A stretch of DNA of 64,000 bases from Candidatus Falkowbacteria bacterium RIFOXYD12_FULL_34_57 (GCA_001780285.1 MFGN01000005.1:138200-202199); one strand, 5' to 3'. Positions 26,716 through 36,917 are shown, numbered from the stretch's first letter. The notes: generated by a model not told the origin, from the sequence alone. Translations and numbers: made by a program.

Positions 26716-29700
26716 ATGTTCAACAAACCTATTCTTAAATTGATACTGCCGGTAGTTATTATTTTTGTTTTGTTTTTTGGTTCAAGTAGTGTTATTTTGG
26801 CGCAGACAATACAAACAACTGATTGGGAGTCTATTAATACTGAAATAGAGGGTAATGTGCAAAATGAAAAGAATTGGCTTAAGGATTCACTTATGTGGCT
26901 TCAAAATTTTTCTTGGAAAAAGGCTGGTTCGGTGGCTTTTTGGTCGGCTGTAAAAAGCGCTTTGAACCAGATTGCTTATGATACCGCCACTTGGATCGGT
27001 TCCGGCGGCAAAGGACAGAAGCCGATGTTTATTACCGAGGGGTGGGGGGAATATTTAAAAAATATCGGAGATAACGCTGCTGGAACTTTTTTAGAAAGTT
27101 TGGGAAATGAGAATGGCTGGAAAAAGTTTAATCTTTGCAATCCAAGTTCGGATATAAGAATCAAAATAGGATTGGGACTCGTGGACGATTATAGGCCCAA
27201 GAAACCCTCATGTACTTTTTCTAAAATGAAAGAAAATTGGTCTCAGGCCCTAAAAAGCGATAATTTTTTAACCAATCTGCAGAATGCTTTTGATCCGACC
27301 GAGTCTACCTTGATCCAGGCTCTGTCGATTCATACTAGTTTTTGGGGCACTCTGGATCTAAAAAAAGAAGTAGATGGTTTGGATAGGATAGAAAATGAGG
27401 GTTGGTTGGATATTAGCGGTATAGCCGGTACCAGAGAAAATCCGCCGGGACACGCCAAAAGCAAGTTAGAGCAAGCTAAAAGGATTAGGGAGGCGTCTTT
27501 TTCCGAGAACACGGAAGACGCTTTTGAAGATGCTATCAATATATTTTTAAATAAGCTGGCAGTAGAGCTTTTTAATCGTTTACTGGAGTCGTTGGGGAAG
27601 GGCAGTAAATACTCAGGCTCTTATAATTGGAGCGGTTTAAATATTGGCAGCTTGTCGGATTTTTATAGTGAAAACGATTCAGGGGGAGTAGTGGCCGCAA
27701 AAGTAAAATTTAAAAAATTAGTTGAACCGAGTTTTAATGTCCGTGGGGATTATAATATTCTAGCAGAACTTGCTATGTGTCCAGATCCAAACAAGGCCGG
27801 ACCCACTAACTGTGTTATCTCTGAAGAGTTTAAAACCGCAGTGGAAAACAACATGACGGTAGGAGAGGCAATACGTGCCGGCTATCTGGACCCAAGCGGC
27901 ATTTTTGGATTTAATGCTAATGGCATAGAACCTTTGTATAATGAAGGATATCCTTATCGCTCCATGGTAATTTTACGAAAATTCAGAATTCTGCCTGTCG
28001 GCTGGGAACTTGCCGCCCAGTTTATTAAGGATAACCAGCAAATAACAGGCGGAGCGCAGAATTTGGAATATTTAGTAAATTGTTTTGACCCTAACGATGA
28101 TTACGGAAACATTTCACCTGTTTGGTGCCGTGGATTTGTGGACCCGAATTGGGTACTCAAGGCCCCGCTTAATTATTGCGAGCGCTCAGGCCCGGGACCG
28201 GAAATATTGTATCAGACAATAGTTGGTCAGGGGGGCGATAGTAGTTTGGTGGTGAGCAGAAATGATGATTACTGCGCCGATGAGAAAACATGCATAAAAG
28301 AGGAGAATGGAATTTGCAGGCTGTATGGATATTGTACTGAAGAAAAACGAACCTGGAATTTTGGCAATAATTCTTGTCAGCCGGAATTTAATACTTGCCA
28401 GGCTTTTCAGTTTTATCAAGGCAACACTTTTGGTTATCTGGAAAATACTTTAGAATATGGCACTTGCAGTATAGATAATGTGGGCTGCCGGGAATACTGC
28501 GAAGATTATGATTATACCAACTCTAATTACACCTGTAATGTTAGTGCTGGAAATAAAATTTATTTAGATCGCGATGCAGAGGTATGTGATAAGGATTCTG
28601 ATGGATGCAGTGAATTTATCAGAACCAAGCCGGTGGCTAAGGCAAATCTGCTTTATGATTCCAGTTTTGAAACTAATTTTGGAATATCTGGTTTGCCTGT
28701 AGTAAACAGGTTGTGCGACGGCGATATGGTGGATGGTGTTTGTAGTTTGCAGTTGACGGGTGATGTGGCACCTGGTGTGGTTCCGATTTTTGATAGCAGT
28801 AATATTCCCCTGCAGGGAGAAGCATTTACTTTTTCTATTTATGCTAAAAATTGCGGTGATGCCGGCAGGATTTTAATTGGGGGAGATGTAAATTGGAGCT
28901 TGAATCACTCTTCCACCACCCTCTCCACTTCTGACACTTGGCAGCGCTTTAGCGTCAGCCATTTGATGATTCCCGGCACCAATGAGGTGTGGGTGGGTAT
29001 AGAAGATATAATTGATAATGGTAATTGCGCAGGTAACGACTGTTGCCGCATTGATTCTGCTAAAATAGAAAGAGGGGAAGGAGCAAGCCCTTATAGTGAT
29101 TACCGGGAAGAAGGGCTTATATACATGAAGCTTCTGCCTGATTATTTGGAAAATGAGTGTTATGTTAATCCGGGAATGGATTACAGCCTAAAAACCAATT
29201 ATCCGGAAGTTTGTGATAATTATAATCGCAAGTGCAATGAAGAGGAATGGGGCTGTGATCTTTATACTTCTATTAAAAATAAATTATCTGTTCCGGCTAT
29301 TACCAAGGCGATGGATTATTGTACGGAAGAGTGTCTTGGATACGATGAGTATTTACAGATGGAATCTCTTTTTGAATCAAAAAATTTGCAATATTTTATT
29401 CCAAAAACTGCCAGAAAATGCAGCGCAGGAGCCGAGGGGTGCAGTGAATTTACTAATTTAGACACTATTCAAGAGGGGGGAGAGAATAGGGAATATTACA
29501 AACACCTTCGAAGATGTATTCGTCCAAATGATCCATTTGCAAATTGCAGCGAGTTTTATACTTGGGAAGGATCATCCGAAACAGGTTTTCAATTGAAAGT
29601 TCATGTTTTACAAGTAGACGAAGACGCAGACGATGTAGTTGGTGTGGATGGTATGTATACCGGAGATCCTGATGTAATAGAAGGGGATCAGCTTGTTTGC

Positions 29701-32700
29701 AATCAAGCTATATATAATTTGCCGGCCACGGATCCTGGATACAATGAGGATTGTTTGGAATATTATAATACAGCCGGAGAAGTTTCTTATCATGTTAATA
29801 GTAACACCATATCTTGCACAGAAAATTGCCACCCTTATAGAAAAACGGATAATAATGTGGTGCGGGATCCGGTTTCAAATAATCATTATACCCAGATTCA
29901 ATGTGAAAATCTTTCAAAGTATCCGGGCACATGGATAGATATCAGTAGAAATTTTTATTTGGATGCCGATCCAACCAATGATCAATGCGTATTTTGCAAA
30001 GCTGATGGCGTATGGAGCAATGAACATGGCAAATGTCTTTATATGGCCATACCAAATGAGGGAATAAAATGTTCGGCTTCGCAAAGCGGTTGTAGGGAAT
30101 ATAGTGGAAGTGAAGGAAACAATGTGCGTATTGTTGCGAATGATGATTTTGAAGGAAGTTTAAATAATTGGGAAGGATTTGGCGGCAGTTCGGTCTTGGT
30201 TGACAGTGAATCATTGATAGTAGGAGGGGAGTCGCTCAAAGTAACTGGCGGTTCAATTAAAAAGACAATAAATGCCTGGAATAATAGATCATACATGTTG
30301 ACATTTTTAGCTAAAGAAGACACTTCCACCGGAAATGAGGCTCAAAATTTTACTTCCGTAAGATTTGATAATGTGTCTTTGTTTGCCCCATTGCCAACAG
30401 TAATAAACGCCGGTTGGAGTCTATATAAATTTAATTTAGATATAGCCACTTCAGCCAAAGAATTGATTATAGTGGCTGATGGAGATTTTTTCATTGATAA
30501 TATTAGGTTAACGGAAATTTCAGATCGTTATTTCTTAATTAAAGATTCATGGAATACCCCGAATTCCTGCTATAATGACATTTTTGGGAATTACAGAGGA
30601 CCAACTTTTAATTTGGGGTGTGATGCTTATACTGATAAAGCGGGAGATGTGCATTTTTTGCATAGTTTTTCCGAGCTTTGCCAGGAATCGGCAGTGGGCT
30701 GTGAATTGATGATTGATACTCATAATTACAGCAGTTTTGAGGCGGGAATTTGGAATGATCAAAATTCAGATGGGTTTTGCACTGTTATTGATGGACAAGA
30801 TTGTGAATATATAGAGGGTGATAGTTTGATTTATGCGGTTTATAATGAAGATCATGAGTGTAATAACGATGAAAAAGGATGTCTGCGTATCGGAGAACCT
30901 TATTTTTATGCGGGAGACGTGGTTTATACGGATAAATATCTGGAAAATAATCCAGATCAATATACAAACATTTTGTGTAATGAAGATGGATCCGGATGTG
31001 ATGAATGGCTGACGGGTAAGGGAATATCTTATTTTAAATATCCAGAAGATCAGGTTTGTGAGTGGAGGCAGGAAGGGATAAACGGTATTAATGTTTGGGA
31101 TTGGTATAAAAAGAAAATAAAAAGATGTGATGATGGCGCGGGTACCGGGGTAGTAAACGGCAAAATAGATGTGGGTGGCGCCGGTTTGCCAGAAGAAGCT
31201 AGTATTTGCTTGCGAAACAGTAATTGTGACGATAATGGTTTTGCATGTACTGAAAATAAGGACTGTAGAATGCAGGCATGTGTTGCCGGTGTGTGTTCTG
31301 CAACTCGCGAGGCTTGTATAAATAATGATCAATGTCCTATTTTGGGAAGTTGTGAAAATAATTTGTGTCACTATTCTTGTATTCAGGATACAAATAATTA
31401 TGATTGTGTTTTGGATATTGATTCGGGTGTACCGGGTAAAACCTTGGGTCATGGGGGGGGTAATGAAAAAGTGGGACAACCAACAAACAGTTTGGATGGA
31501 AACTGGGTAGGTCTTTGCCCCGTGTCAGATTCTGGATGCACGGAATATATTGATCCGATTTCTAGAGAATCTATCAACGCAGTCTTTAACGGAGATTTTT
31601 CTCAGGATATAAATGGTGATAGTTTAGCCGATGGCTTTAACGGTGCTGGACAACAGGAACTAACACTTAAACCAAGCACACCCTATATATTGTCAATCGA
31701 AAGTAATAGTTTAAGTGTGACTGCGAGTTTGAATAGCACTAATAATGACCTTGTTCCGTTTAATGAAACCAACAATAGATTTTTAAATGCTACCCCCAAT
31801 ATTAGCGTTGTTAATGTTATTGGTGAAAGAAATAGTATTTTATTCTACACCTCAGAAGGTTTAAATGATACGGTCACTCTCACGTTAAGCAGTATAGCTA
31901 CCGGCAACAATACTAAAGTGGGAATAAGAAAAGCACTTGTAAAGTATTCCCTTGAACAAGGTTTAGATAAGACATCGTGTAATGGGGGAGTAAGTTTTGA
32001 GCAAGGATGCGTTTTGTTTAATGAAAGAAAAGTTACAGGTGGAAATGGTTTAGGCAGCTTTAGTTATAAAAGTTTGGGATATGATGCAGACAATAGTCCG
32101 AATTTGAGTAATGGACCGGAAGACTGTCCTTTGGGTGGATGTGATTCAAATGTTATATTAAAGGTAGCACCAGACAGGGTGTGTGATCAATGGTTGGCTT
32201 GTAAGAGTTATATCCATGACAAAAACGGCAATCCAGAATGTTTTGACATCGGGCTCTGCAATAGTGTGAATGACAATGGTTTCTGTAATAGTTTTATTAA
32301 TGAAGAGGACAACACATTACAAGTAATAGGTCTTGGTAACCCTATTGATAAATATCAAAATGTTTCTGGCTATGTAAAAGTTGGTATGTCCAGCGCAAGT
32401 GAAGAGGGAATGAAGGGAACATATAAATTTAATAACATGACGCAAGAAGGATCCACCACCCTTGTTCCCAATGGAAGTTTTGAAGATATTGGCAATAATA
32501 AATATCCTATAGCTTGGGTAATGAAAGATAATACCGGCGGTAGCGTATCATGGGGTGATCAAATGATGCGCGTTATTGATAATCCGGCGGAAATGCAGAA
32601 TGAAGGCATAAGCCATGTTCCCGAGGGAAGAAATTTCTTAAAGCTTGGTTCTATATATAAAGCGGTTTCAGAAAACATAGATGTTGTCAGCGGAGCGGAA

Positions 32701-35271
32701 TATTTTGTCTCCGGACACATAAATACTTTAAAATTATCGGGTGGTACTGCTAAAATAAAAGTAATAGGTGGCTTAGGCAATAATGAAATATTGGTAAATA
32801 ATGGTTTGGATTGGACATTTGGTATGCGCAAATTTACAGCTTTGGGAAATTTGCTTTCCATTGAGCTATATGCCGAACTTCCTGGAGGAGGAGAGCCTGT
32901 GGGAAATTTTTTCTTTGATAGTATTCGTTTAACTCCGGCGCTTAAAATTAGGGATACTTCATATGTGTCAAAGAGCTGTCGGTTGTATCCTCAAAGTGAT
33001 TCTATGTCATGTGAATATATTACCGATTCAGGCGCTCGCGAGAAAGGGTGGTATGGATATTGTCTTGAATACGATCGTTTTCCGGGCAGTGAAAATACCT
33101 GCCTTCAGTGGTGGCCGGTTGATCGGGTAGAGGGAGAAGGTATAGAGGGTGACTATGGATATCTGGATTCTTTCCCGCTTTATTATTGTCAAGAAGCATA
33201 TACTAATCGGCCGGTTGAAAGACGAAGACTGAGAAATGCTTCTTCGGACATAGTTTGGGGAGAATGCAATAGCGGATGTCTGAATACGGAGTACAATTGC
33301 CCGATAGGATATAGGCGCAGATTGGAATTGATTGATCCTGGCCAGTGTCCCAGTGACGGAAAAAAGTTCATTATTTGGACAATTGACGAAGGAACCCCGG
33401 GTTATAATTCGCAATGCACTCCTACATGTGTAGCTGATGGCGCAAGATATTTGACTACCGAAGACGGACAATATGGATGGTATGATTATTTAAACGGTAT
33501 AATGGATGCCACGGAGGTGGTGGTGTATGGTGATATAACAATTATGATTCCGGCTGAAAATGGAGTTAGATTTTTTAATCCGACTACGAATGTAATTACC
33601 GATGATATAGCGGATTGCTTGCAGGTTACCCAGGTAGTAACTCCTAGCGGCCAAAATAAGTACTGGAGCGGAAGAGTGTATGAGAATAGTAATTATTTTG
33701 TAAATGGCGTTGGTGCCATGGCTGATCTTGGTTATTCTTATGATACCCCCAATTCTCCATTTGGTTCCATGATGCCTCCCGAGCCGCTTAGTAATCCGTA
33801 TGAATGGTCCCGTTCAACCCAAAGACCAGTACCTGTGTCTATACCCCCTAATTCAGATAGGGCGAATGCCGGATATCCTTATAGTTTAAGCGGTGGCGTA
33901 GTTTTTCCCGGTTCTATTTACGGGATTTGTAGCGGATCCAGAACAATGTGTATCAGTCCCGCTACACCTGGCAGTAAGTACGACTGCAAATTCGGCGAGG
34001 TTTGCAATTCATTTCCGAATCAATCTCCTCTTAATGCGATTGATAATTTAAAAAGGTTGTATGCTAAGAATTATGGCACTTGGGTTTGGGACGAAAATTT
34101 AAACAGATATATATTAAGGGCCTTTGCCTCTGTCACGCAGGGAAATTGCAGTATTAGCGGTTTACCATGTAATTTTAATGAATGCGGTGTGCAAAATTGC
34201 ACATTTGATACAACCAGAAGCACCTGTAATGGCGGCACAGCGTCCGGTGCAGAGTGTACTAATAATTGCGTGGGCGTCGGTTGCGGGATATCATTTACAA
34301 TTCCTCTGTTTGCCTGTTCCGATAATCCGAACATGAATTGCTGCGCCGGTGCTTCACAGGCAGTGGCTACTTGCGGCGTAGGAGAAGATTGTTTATTGAC
34401 ATACGGCGGAACTTTCCGATGCGAATTTAGCGGCAACTATTGCAATCCGGTGTCGCCGGGGAATGGTTTTGTTTGTACTGGCGGAGCCAATATTGGAGAT
34501 ATTGTGCCTCAGGCGAGCTGCAGTGCCGGTTTTTGTAATCCGCTTGGCACAAGCAGAACTTATAATGTAAATGCTTGCGATATCGCAGCGCCTGCACCCA
34601 ATGCTTTTTTGCAACGCTGTTGCCCTGGCGGTAACTGCATTCCGGAAAATATATATACCTGCGGAGCATTATCACTTGCGCTTGGCGGACAACAATGTTT
34701 TCAATGTCCGGACGGGGGACACTGTGTTATTCAAAATAATCCCGGTGCTCAAAACAACCTTTGGGGTCCCCCAGGAACAAATGGAGAGCCCAATAATGGC
34801 TTGTGTGTCGGCGGTGTTAGAAATATAGATGATTATTGCGCGATACTACCTGTGATAAACAATAACAATATAAAAGTAAATGGAGAAAATGTTGCATTAA
34901 CCATTCAGGAAGAATTTAAATTTGTAAATTTAACCTTTAATAGCGATGTTGATGAGAATCAATTACCCATGGTTATGTATGCTGTTGATTGGGGTGATGG
35001 ATCGGCCACCAATATTTCCGGAGCAGAAATGATAGAAAAGCCAAATGCAGACAACCCGCACTCTTTATATCACCTATATGATTATTGGAATATGAAAAAT
35101 AAATTACCATCATGTGGAGGAGGTCTTGTTGTTAATTGTTGTTTTTCTGATCATTGCGTGATTCAGCCGAGAATAAAAATAAAAGATAATTGGGGGTGGT
35201 GTAATCATGGCGTAAATATTAACGATTGTTCTCATTGGGATTTTCGTCCGATCATCACTATTTATGAATAA
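26716..35271 (+). CDS. giant (2851 aa) secreted/anchored cysteine-rich multidomain surface protein
   Basis: Uninterrupted 8.6-kb ORF with an N-terminal signal/anchor (LILPVVIIFVLFFGSSSVILAQT). About 130 Cys by manual count. Four Cys-poor jelly-roll/CBM-like modules (N.DFE/NGSFE openings, ...IDNIRLTE/FDSIRLTP endings). Recurrent C-x-E-[YFW] motifs and a C-terminal PKD-like YAVDWGDGS. Confidence 0.9.
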   Translation: MFNKPILKLILPVVIIFVLFFGSSSVILAQTIQTTDWESINTEIEGNVQNEKNWLKDSLMWLQNFSWKKAGSVAFWSAVKSALNQIAYDTATWIGSGGKGQKPMFITEGWGEYLKNIGDNAAGTFLESLGNENGWKKFNLCNPSSDIRIKIGLGLVDDYRPKKPSCTFSKMKENWSQALKSDNFLTNLQNAFDPTESTLIQALSIHTSFWGTLDLKKEVDGLDRIENEGWLDISGIAGTRENPPGHAKSKLEQAKRIREASFSENTEDAFEDAINIFLNKLAVELFNRLLESLGKGSKYSGSYNWSGLNIGSLSDFYSENDSGGVVAAKVKFKKLVEPSFNVRGDYNILAELAMCPDPNKAGPTNCVISEEFKTAVENNMTVGEAIRAGYLDPSGIFGFNANGIEPLYNEGYPYRSMVILRKFRILPVGWELAAQFIKDNQQITGGAQNLEYLVNCFDPNDDYGNISPVWCRGFVDPNWVLKAPLNYCERSGPGPEILYQTIVGQGGDSSLVVSRNDDYCADEKTCIKEENGICRLYGYCTEEKRTWNFGNNSCQPEFNTCQAFQFYQGNTFGYLENTLEYGTCSIDNVGCREYCEDYDYTNSNYTCNVSAGNKIYLDRDAEVCDKDSDGCSEFIRTKPVAKANLLYDSSFETNFGISGLPVVNRLCDGDMVDGVCSLQLTGDVAPGVVPIFDSSNIPLQGEAFTFSIYAKNCGDAGRILIGGDVNWSLNHSSTTLSTSDTWQRFSVSHLMIPGTNEVWVGIEDIIDNGNCAGNDCCRIDSAKIERGEGASPYSDYREEGLIYMKLLPDYLENECYVNPGMDYSLKTNYPEVCDNYNRKCNEEEWGCDLYTSIKNKLSVPAITKAMDYCTEECLGYDEYLQMESLFESKNLQYFIPKTARKCSAGAEGCSEFTNLDTIQEGGENREYYKHLRRCIRPNDPFANCSEFYTWEGSSETGFQLKVHVLQVDEDADDVVGVDGMYTGDPDVIEGDQLVCNQAIYNLPATDPGYNEDCLEYYNTAGEVSYHVNSNTISCTENCHPYRKTDNNVVRDPVSNNHYTQIQCENLSKYPGTWIDISRNFYLDADPTNDQCVFCKADGVWSNEHGKCLYMAIPNEGIKCSASQSGCREYSGSEGNNVRIVANDDFEGSLNNWEGFGGSSVLVDSESLIVGGESLKVTGGSIKKTINAWNNRSYMLTFLAKEDTSTGNEAQNFTSVRFDNVSLFAPLPTVINAGWSLYKFNLDIATSAKELIIVADGDFFIDNIRLTEISDRYFLIKDSWNTPNSCYNDIFGNYRGPTFNLGCDAYTDKAGDVHFLHSFSELCQESAVGCELMIDTHNYSSFEAGIWNDQNSDGFCTVIDGQDCEYIEGDSLIYAVYNEDHECNNDEKGCLRIGEPYFYAGDVVYTDKYLENNPDQYTNILCNEDGSGCDEWLTGKGISYFKYPEDQVCEWRQEGINGINVWDWYKKKIKRCDDGAGTGVVNGKIDVGGAGLPEEASICLRNSNCDDNGFACTENKDCRMQACVAGVCSATREACINNDQCPILGSCENNLCHYSCIQDTNNYDCVLDIDSGVPGKTLGHGGGNEKVGQPTNSLDGNWVGLCPVSDSGCTEYIDPISRESINAVFNGDFSQDINGDSLADGFNGAGQQELTLKPSTPYILSIESNSLSVTASLNSTNNDLVPFNETNNRFLNATPNISVVNVIGERNSILFYTSEGLNDTVTLTLSSIATGNNTKVGIRKALVKYSLEQGLDKTSCNGGVSFEQGCVLFNERKVTGGNGLGSFSYKSLGYDADNSPNLSNGPEDCPLGGCDSNVILKVAPDRVCDQWLACKSYIHDKNGNPECFDIGLCNSVNDNGFCNSFINEEDNTLQVIGLGNPIDKYQNVSGYVKVGMSSASEEGMKGTYKFNNMTQEGSTTLVPNGSFEDIGNNKYPIAWVMKDNTGGSVSWGDQMMRVIDNPAEMQNEGISHVPEGRNFLKLGSIYKAVSENIDVVSGAEYFVSGHINTLKLSGGTAKIKVIGGLGNNEILVNNGLDWTFGMRKFTALGNLLSIELYAELPGGGEPVGNFFFDSIRLTPALKIRDTSYVSKSCRLYPQSDSMSCEYITDSGAREKGWYGYCLEYDRFPGSENTCLQWWPVDRVEGEGIEGDYGYLDSFPLYYCQEAYTNRPVERRRLRNASSDIVWGECNSGCLNTEYNCPIGYRRRLELIDPGQCPSDGKKFIIWTIDEGTPGYNSQCTPTCVADGARYLTTEDGQYGWYDYLNGIMDATEVVVYGDITIMIPAENGVRFFNPTTNVITDDIADCLQVTQVVTPSGQNKYWSGRVYENSNYFVNGVGAMADLGYSYDTPNSPFGSMMPPEPLSNPYEWSRSTQRPVPVSIPPNSDRANAGYPYSLSGGVVFPGSIYGICSGSRTMCISPATPGSKYDCKFGEVCNSFPNQSPLNAIDNLKRLYAKNYGTWVWDENLNRYILRAFASVTQGNCSISGLPCNFNECGVQNCTFDTTRSTCNGGTASGAECTNNCVGVGCGISFTIPLFACSDNPNMNCCAGASQAVATCGVGEDCLLTYGGTFRCEFSGNYCNPVSPGNGFVCTGGANIGDIVPQASCSAGFCNPLGTSRTYNVNACDIAAPAPNAFLQRCCPGGNCIPENIYTCGALSLALGGQQCFQCPDGGHCVIQNNPGAQNNLWGPPGTNGEPNNGLCVGGVRNIDDYCAILPVINNNNIKVNGENVALTIQEEFKFVNLTFNSDVDENQLPMVMYAVDWGDGSATNISGAEMIEKPNADNPHSLYHLYDYWNMKNKLPSCGGGLVVNCCFSDHCVIQPRIKIKDNWGWCNHGVNINDCSHWDFRPIITIYE

Positions 35272-36760
35272 AAACTCGTTTGAAAAAATAAAAACAAGCT
35301 ATAAGTTACCAATAATCTCCGGTGTTTCAGCTGCTTGTTCTTTGTTGTTCGGTTTTTTTGACTACTTTATTTTTGTTGGTTTGGTACCGTTTTTTTTGTT
35401 TGTTTATTACGAAAAGAGCTTAGTCCGTCTATGGCTGGGCTCTTTTTTGTTTTATTGTATTTTTAATACCATGCTTGGTTTGTTCGTAGTGATTGAGCCC
35501 CTTAATTGGATATTAATGGGATTATTATTTGGGTTTTATGGCATTATGCTTGGTTTAACAAAAAAATATTTTTCGCCTTGGTTTTTTTGGTTTCTGACGC
35601 CGGTTTTATTTGTGTTGCTGGAATATGGATTTAATGTTTTTAATTATATACCCGGTCTTCCTTTGGCTTTGGGTAATACTCTTGGTTCTACTATTTTTCT
35701 GCCCTTGGCTAGAATTGCCGGGGTGTGGGGACTTGGCCTAGTGGTCTTTATTGTAAATTTACTGGTTTGTAAAATTATTATTGATTGGAAAAACAGAAGA
35801 AAGTGGTTTTTTATAATTATTGCCGTATTGGTGTTTTTGGTTTCGCTTAGCGGTGTTTTGTGGATACAAGCTAAAAATAAAAAACTGGCTGATAATATAA
35901 ATTTAGCGGTAATTTCTTTTTCTACCAAAGTTATAGAAAACAGTCCGGAATATAAAGAGTTGGGAGCAAGTATGGCTTATGCTGACAGTGCAAAAGTAAA
36001 TATTTTTTTAGAAAAAATTACCAAGGAAATAATAGGAATAATACCTGAGACGGCTGATTATGTTTTTTTGCCCACGCATATTTTTAATAGTACCAGAGAA
36101 AATGAAATAGAAAGCGAAGTATTTAGTGAATATGGCATCAATAATAACGGATCTATAATTGTTTTCGCACGCCAATTGGCTAAAATTTTAAATAAAAATG
36201 TTATTACGGGAATAGTTACCCGGGAATATGGGAAAAAGTATAATTCGGTTTTGTTTTTTGATAGAAATGGTAATTTGGTGGATATTTATCATAAGACAAA
36301 TTTGGTTATTGGCTCAGAATATTGGCCATTTGGCGATTGGGTGCCGTTTTGGATGTATTGGTTGAGCGGAGCTAAACCGGGACAAAAATTATATATTAAA
36401 TCCGGTTTTTCGCGCAGCGAAACTCCGTTTTCTGTTTTAAAATCTGAGAATTTAAATATTGGTGTTTTGATTTGTTCGGAACCGCGGATACCTGGTAATT
36501 TTGTAAAAACAAAGAGTAATAAAGCGCAGATTGTTTTTACTCCGGTAAATAATGATTGGTATTATGGTTTGGGTATCGCCTTTTTTCAAAAAAAGTATTT
36601 TAATACTTTGAGAGTAAATTCTGTTTATCACGATATTCCGATTATAGTAAACGGCAAAGAAAATTATGCAGGAATAATTTATCCGGATGGGGAATATGAC
36701 ATTGTTAAGCCTGAAAAAGATCAGAAATTTAATGTTTGGTCTGGGTCGCTGAAATATTAG
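35264..36760 (+). CDS. apolipoprotein N-acyltransferase-like protein (polytopic N-domain plus CN-hydrolase domain)
   Basis: About 6-8 TM helices followed by a nitrilase-fold region with YHKTNLV...PFGDW and IGVLICSEP (Lnt K and C positions). ATG overlaps the giant-gene stop by 8 nt (ATGAATAA). Confidence 0.65.
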   Translation: MNKNSFEKIKTSYKLPIISGVSAACSLLFGFFDYFIFVGLVPFFLFVYYEKSLVRLWLGSFLFYCIFNTMLGLFVVIEPLNWILMGLLFGFYGIMLGLTKKYFSPWFFWFLTPVLFVLLEYGFNVFNYIPGLPLALGNTLGSTIFLPLARIAGVWGLGLVVFIVNLLVCKIIIDWKNRRKWFFIIIAVLVFLVSLSGVLWIQAKNKKLADNINLAVISFSTKVIENSPEYKELGASMAYADSAKVNIFLEKITKEIIGIIPETADYVFLPTHIFNSTRENEIESEVFSEYGINNNGSIIVFARQLAKILNKNVITGIVTREYGKKYNSVLFFDRNGNLVDIYHKTNLVIGSEYWPFGDWVPFWMYWLSGAKPGQKLYIKSGFSRSETPFSVLKSENLNIGVLICSEPRIPGNFVKTKSNKAQIVFTPVNNDWYYGLGIAFFQKKYFNTLRVNSVYHDIPIIVNGKENYAGIIYPDGEYDIVKPEKDQKFNVWSGSLKY

Positions 36761-36798
36761 GAAAGTGTATTAAAATTTATAAAAAATAAATAATTCAT

Positions 36799-36826
36799 AA
36801 AAAACTTAAAATTTTAAGTTTTTTTG
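36799..36826 (+). terminator. rho-independent terminator
   Basis: aaaaacttaaaattttaagttttttt: a palindromic stem followed by a T-run. Confidence 0.6.
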
Positions 36827-36853
36827 TTAACTTATAAGATTTTTGGGAAATTC

Positions 36854-36883
36854 TTGGAAAATATATCTAAAATGTGTTATAAT
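36854..36883 (+). promoter_or_regulatory. promoter P2 of the envelope locus
   Basis: TTGGAA (36854-36859), 18 nt ending in AAATGTGT, TATAAT (36878-36883). Confidence 0.5.
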
Positions 36884-36917
36884 TATAATAACATTTTAAG
36901 TTTTTTGTTTTGTGCAT

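Noticed and set aside
30766-31479. 237-aa minus-strand ORF (and many other 60-150-aa antisense ORFs, e.g. 8553-9005, 33028-33471, 34071-34436, 60433-60897) listed in the track
   Set aside because: All lie entirely inside long, well-supported genes on the opposite strand (RND pump, giant protein, S-layer-like gene). Their translations are low-complexity with no motifs. They are typical shadow ORFs.
26716-35271. Diversity-generating retroelement target at the C-terminus of the giant or surface proteins
   Set aside because: There is no reverse transcriptase gene, and I noticed no template/variable repeat pair in the window.
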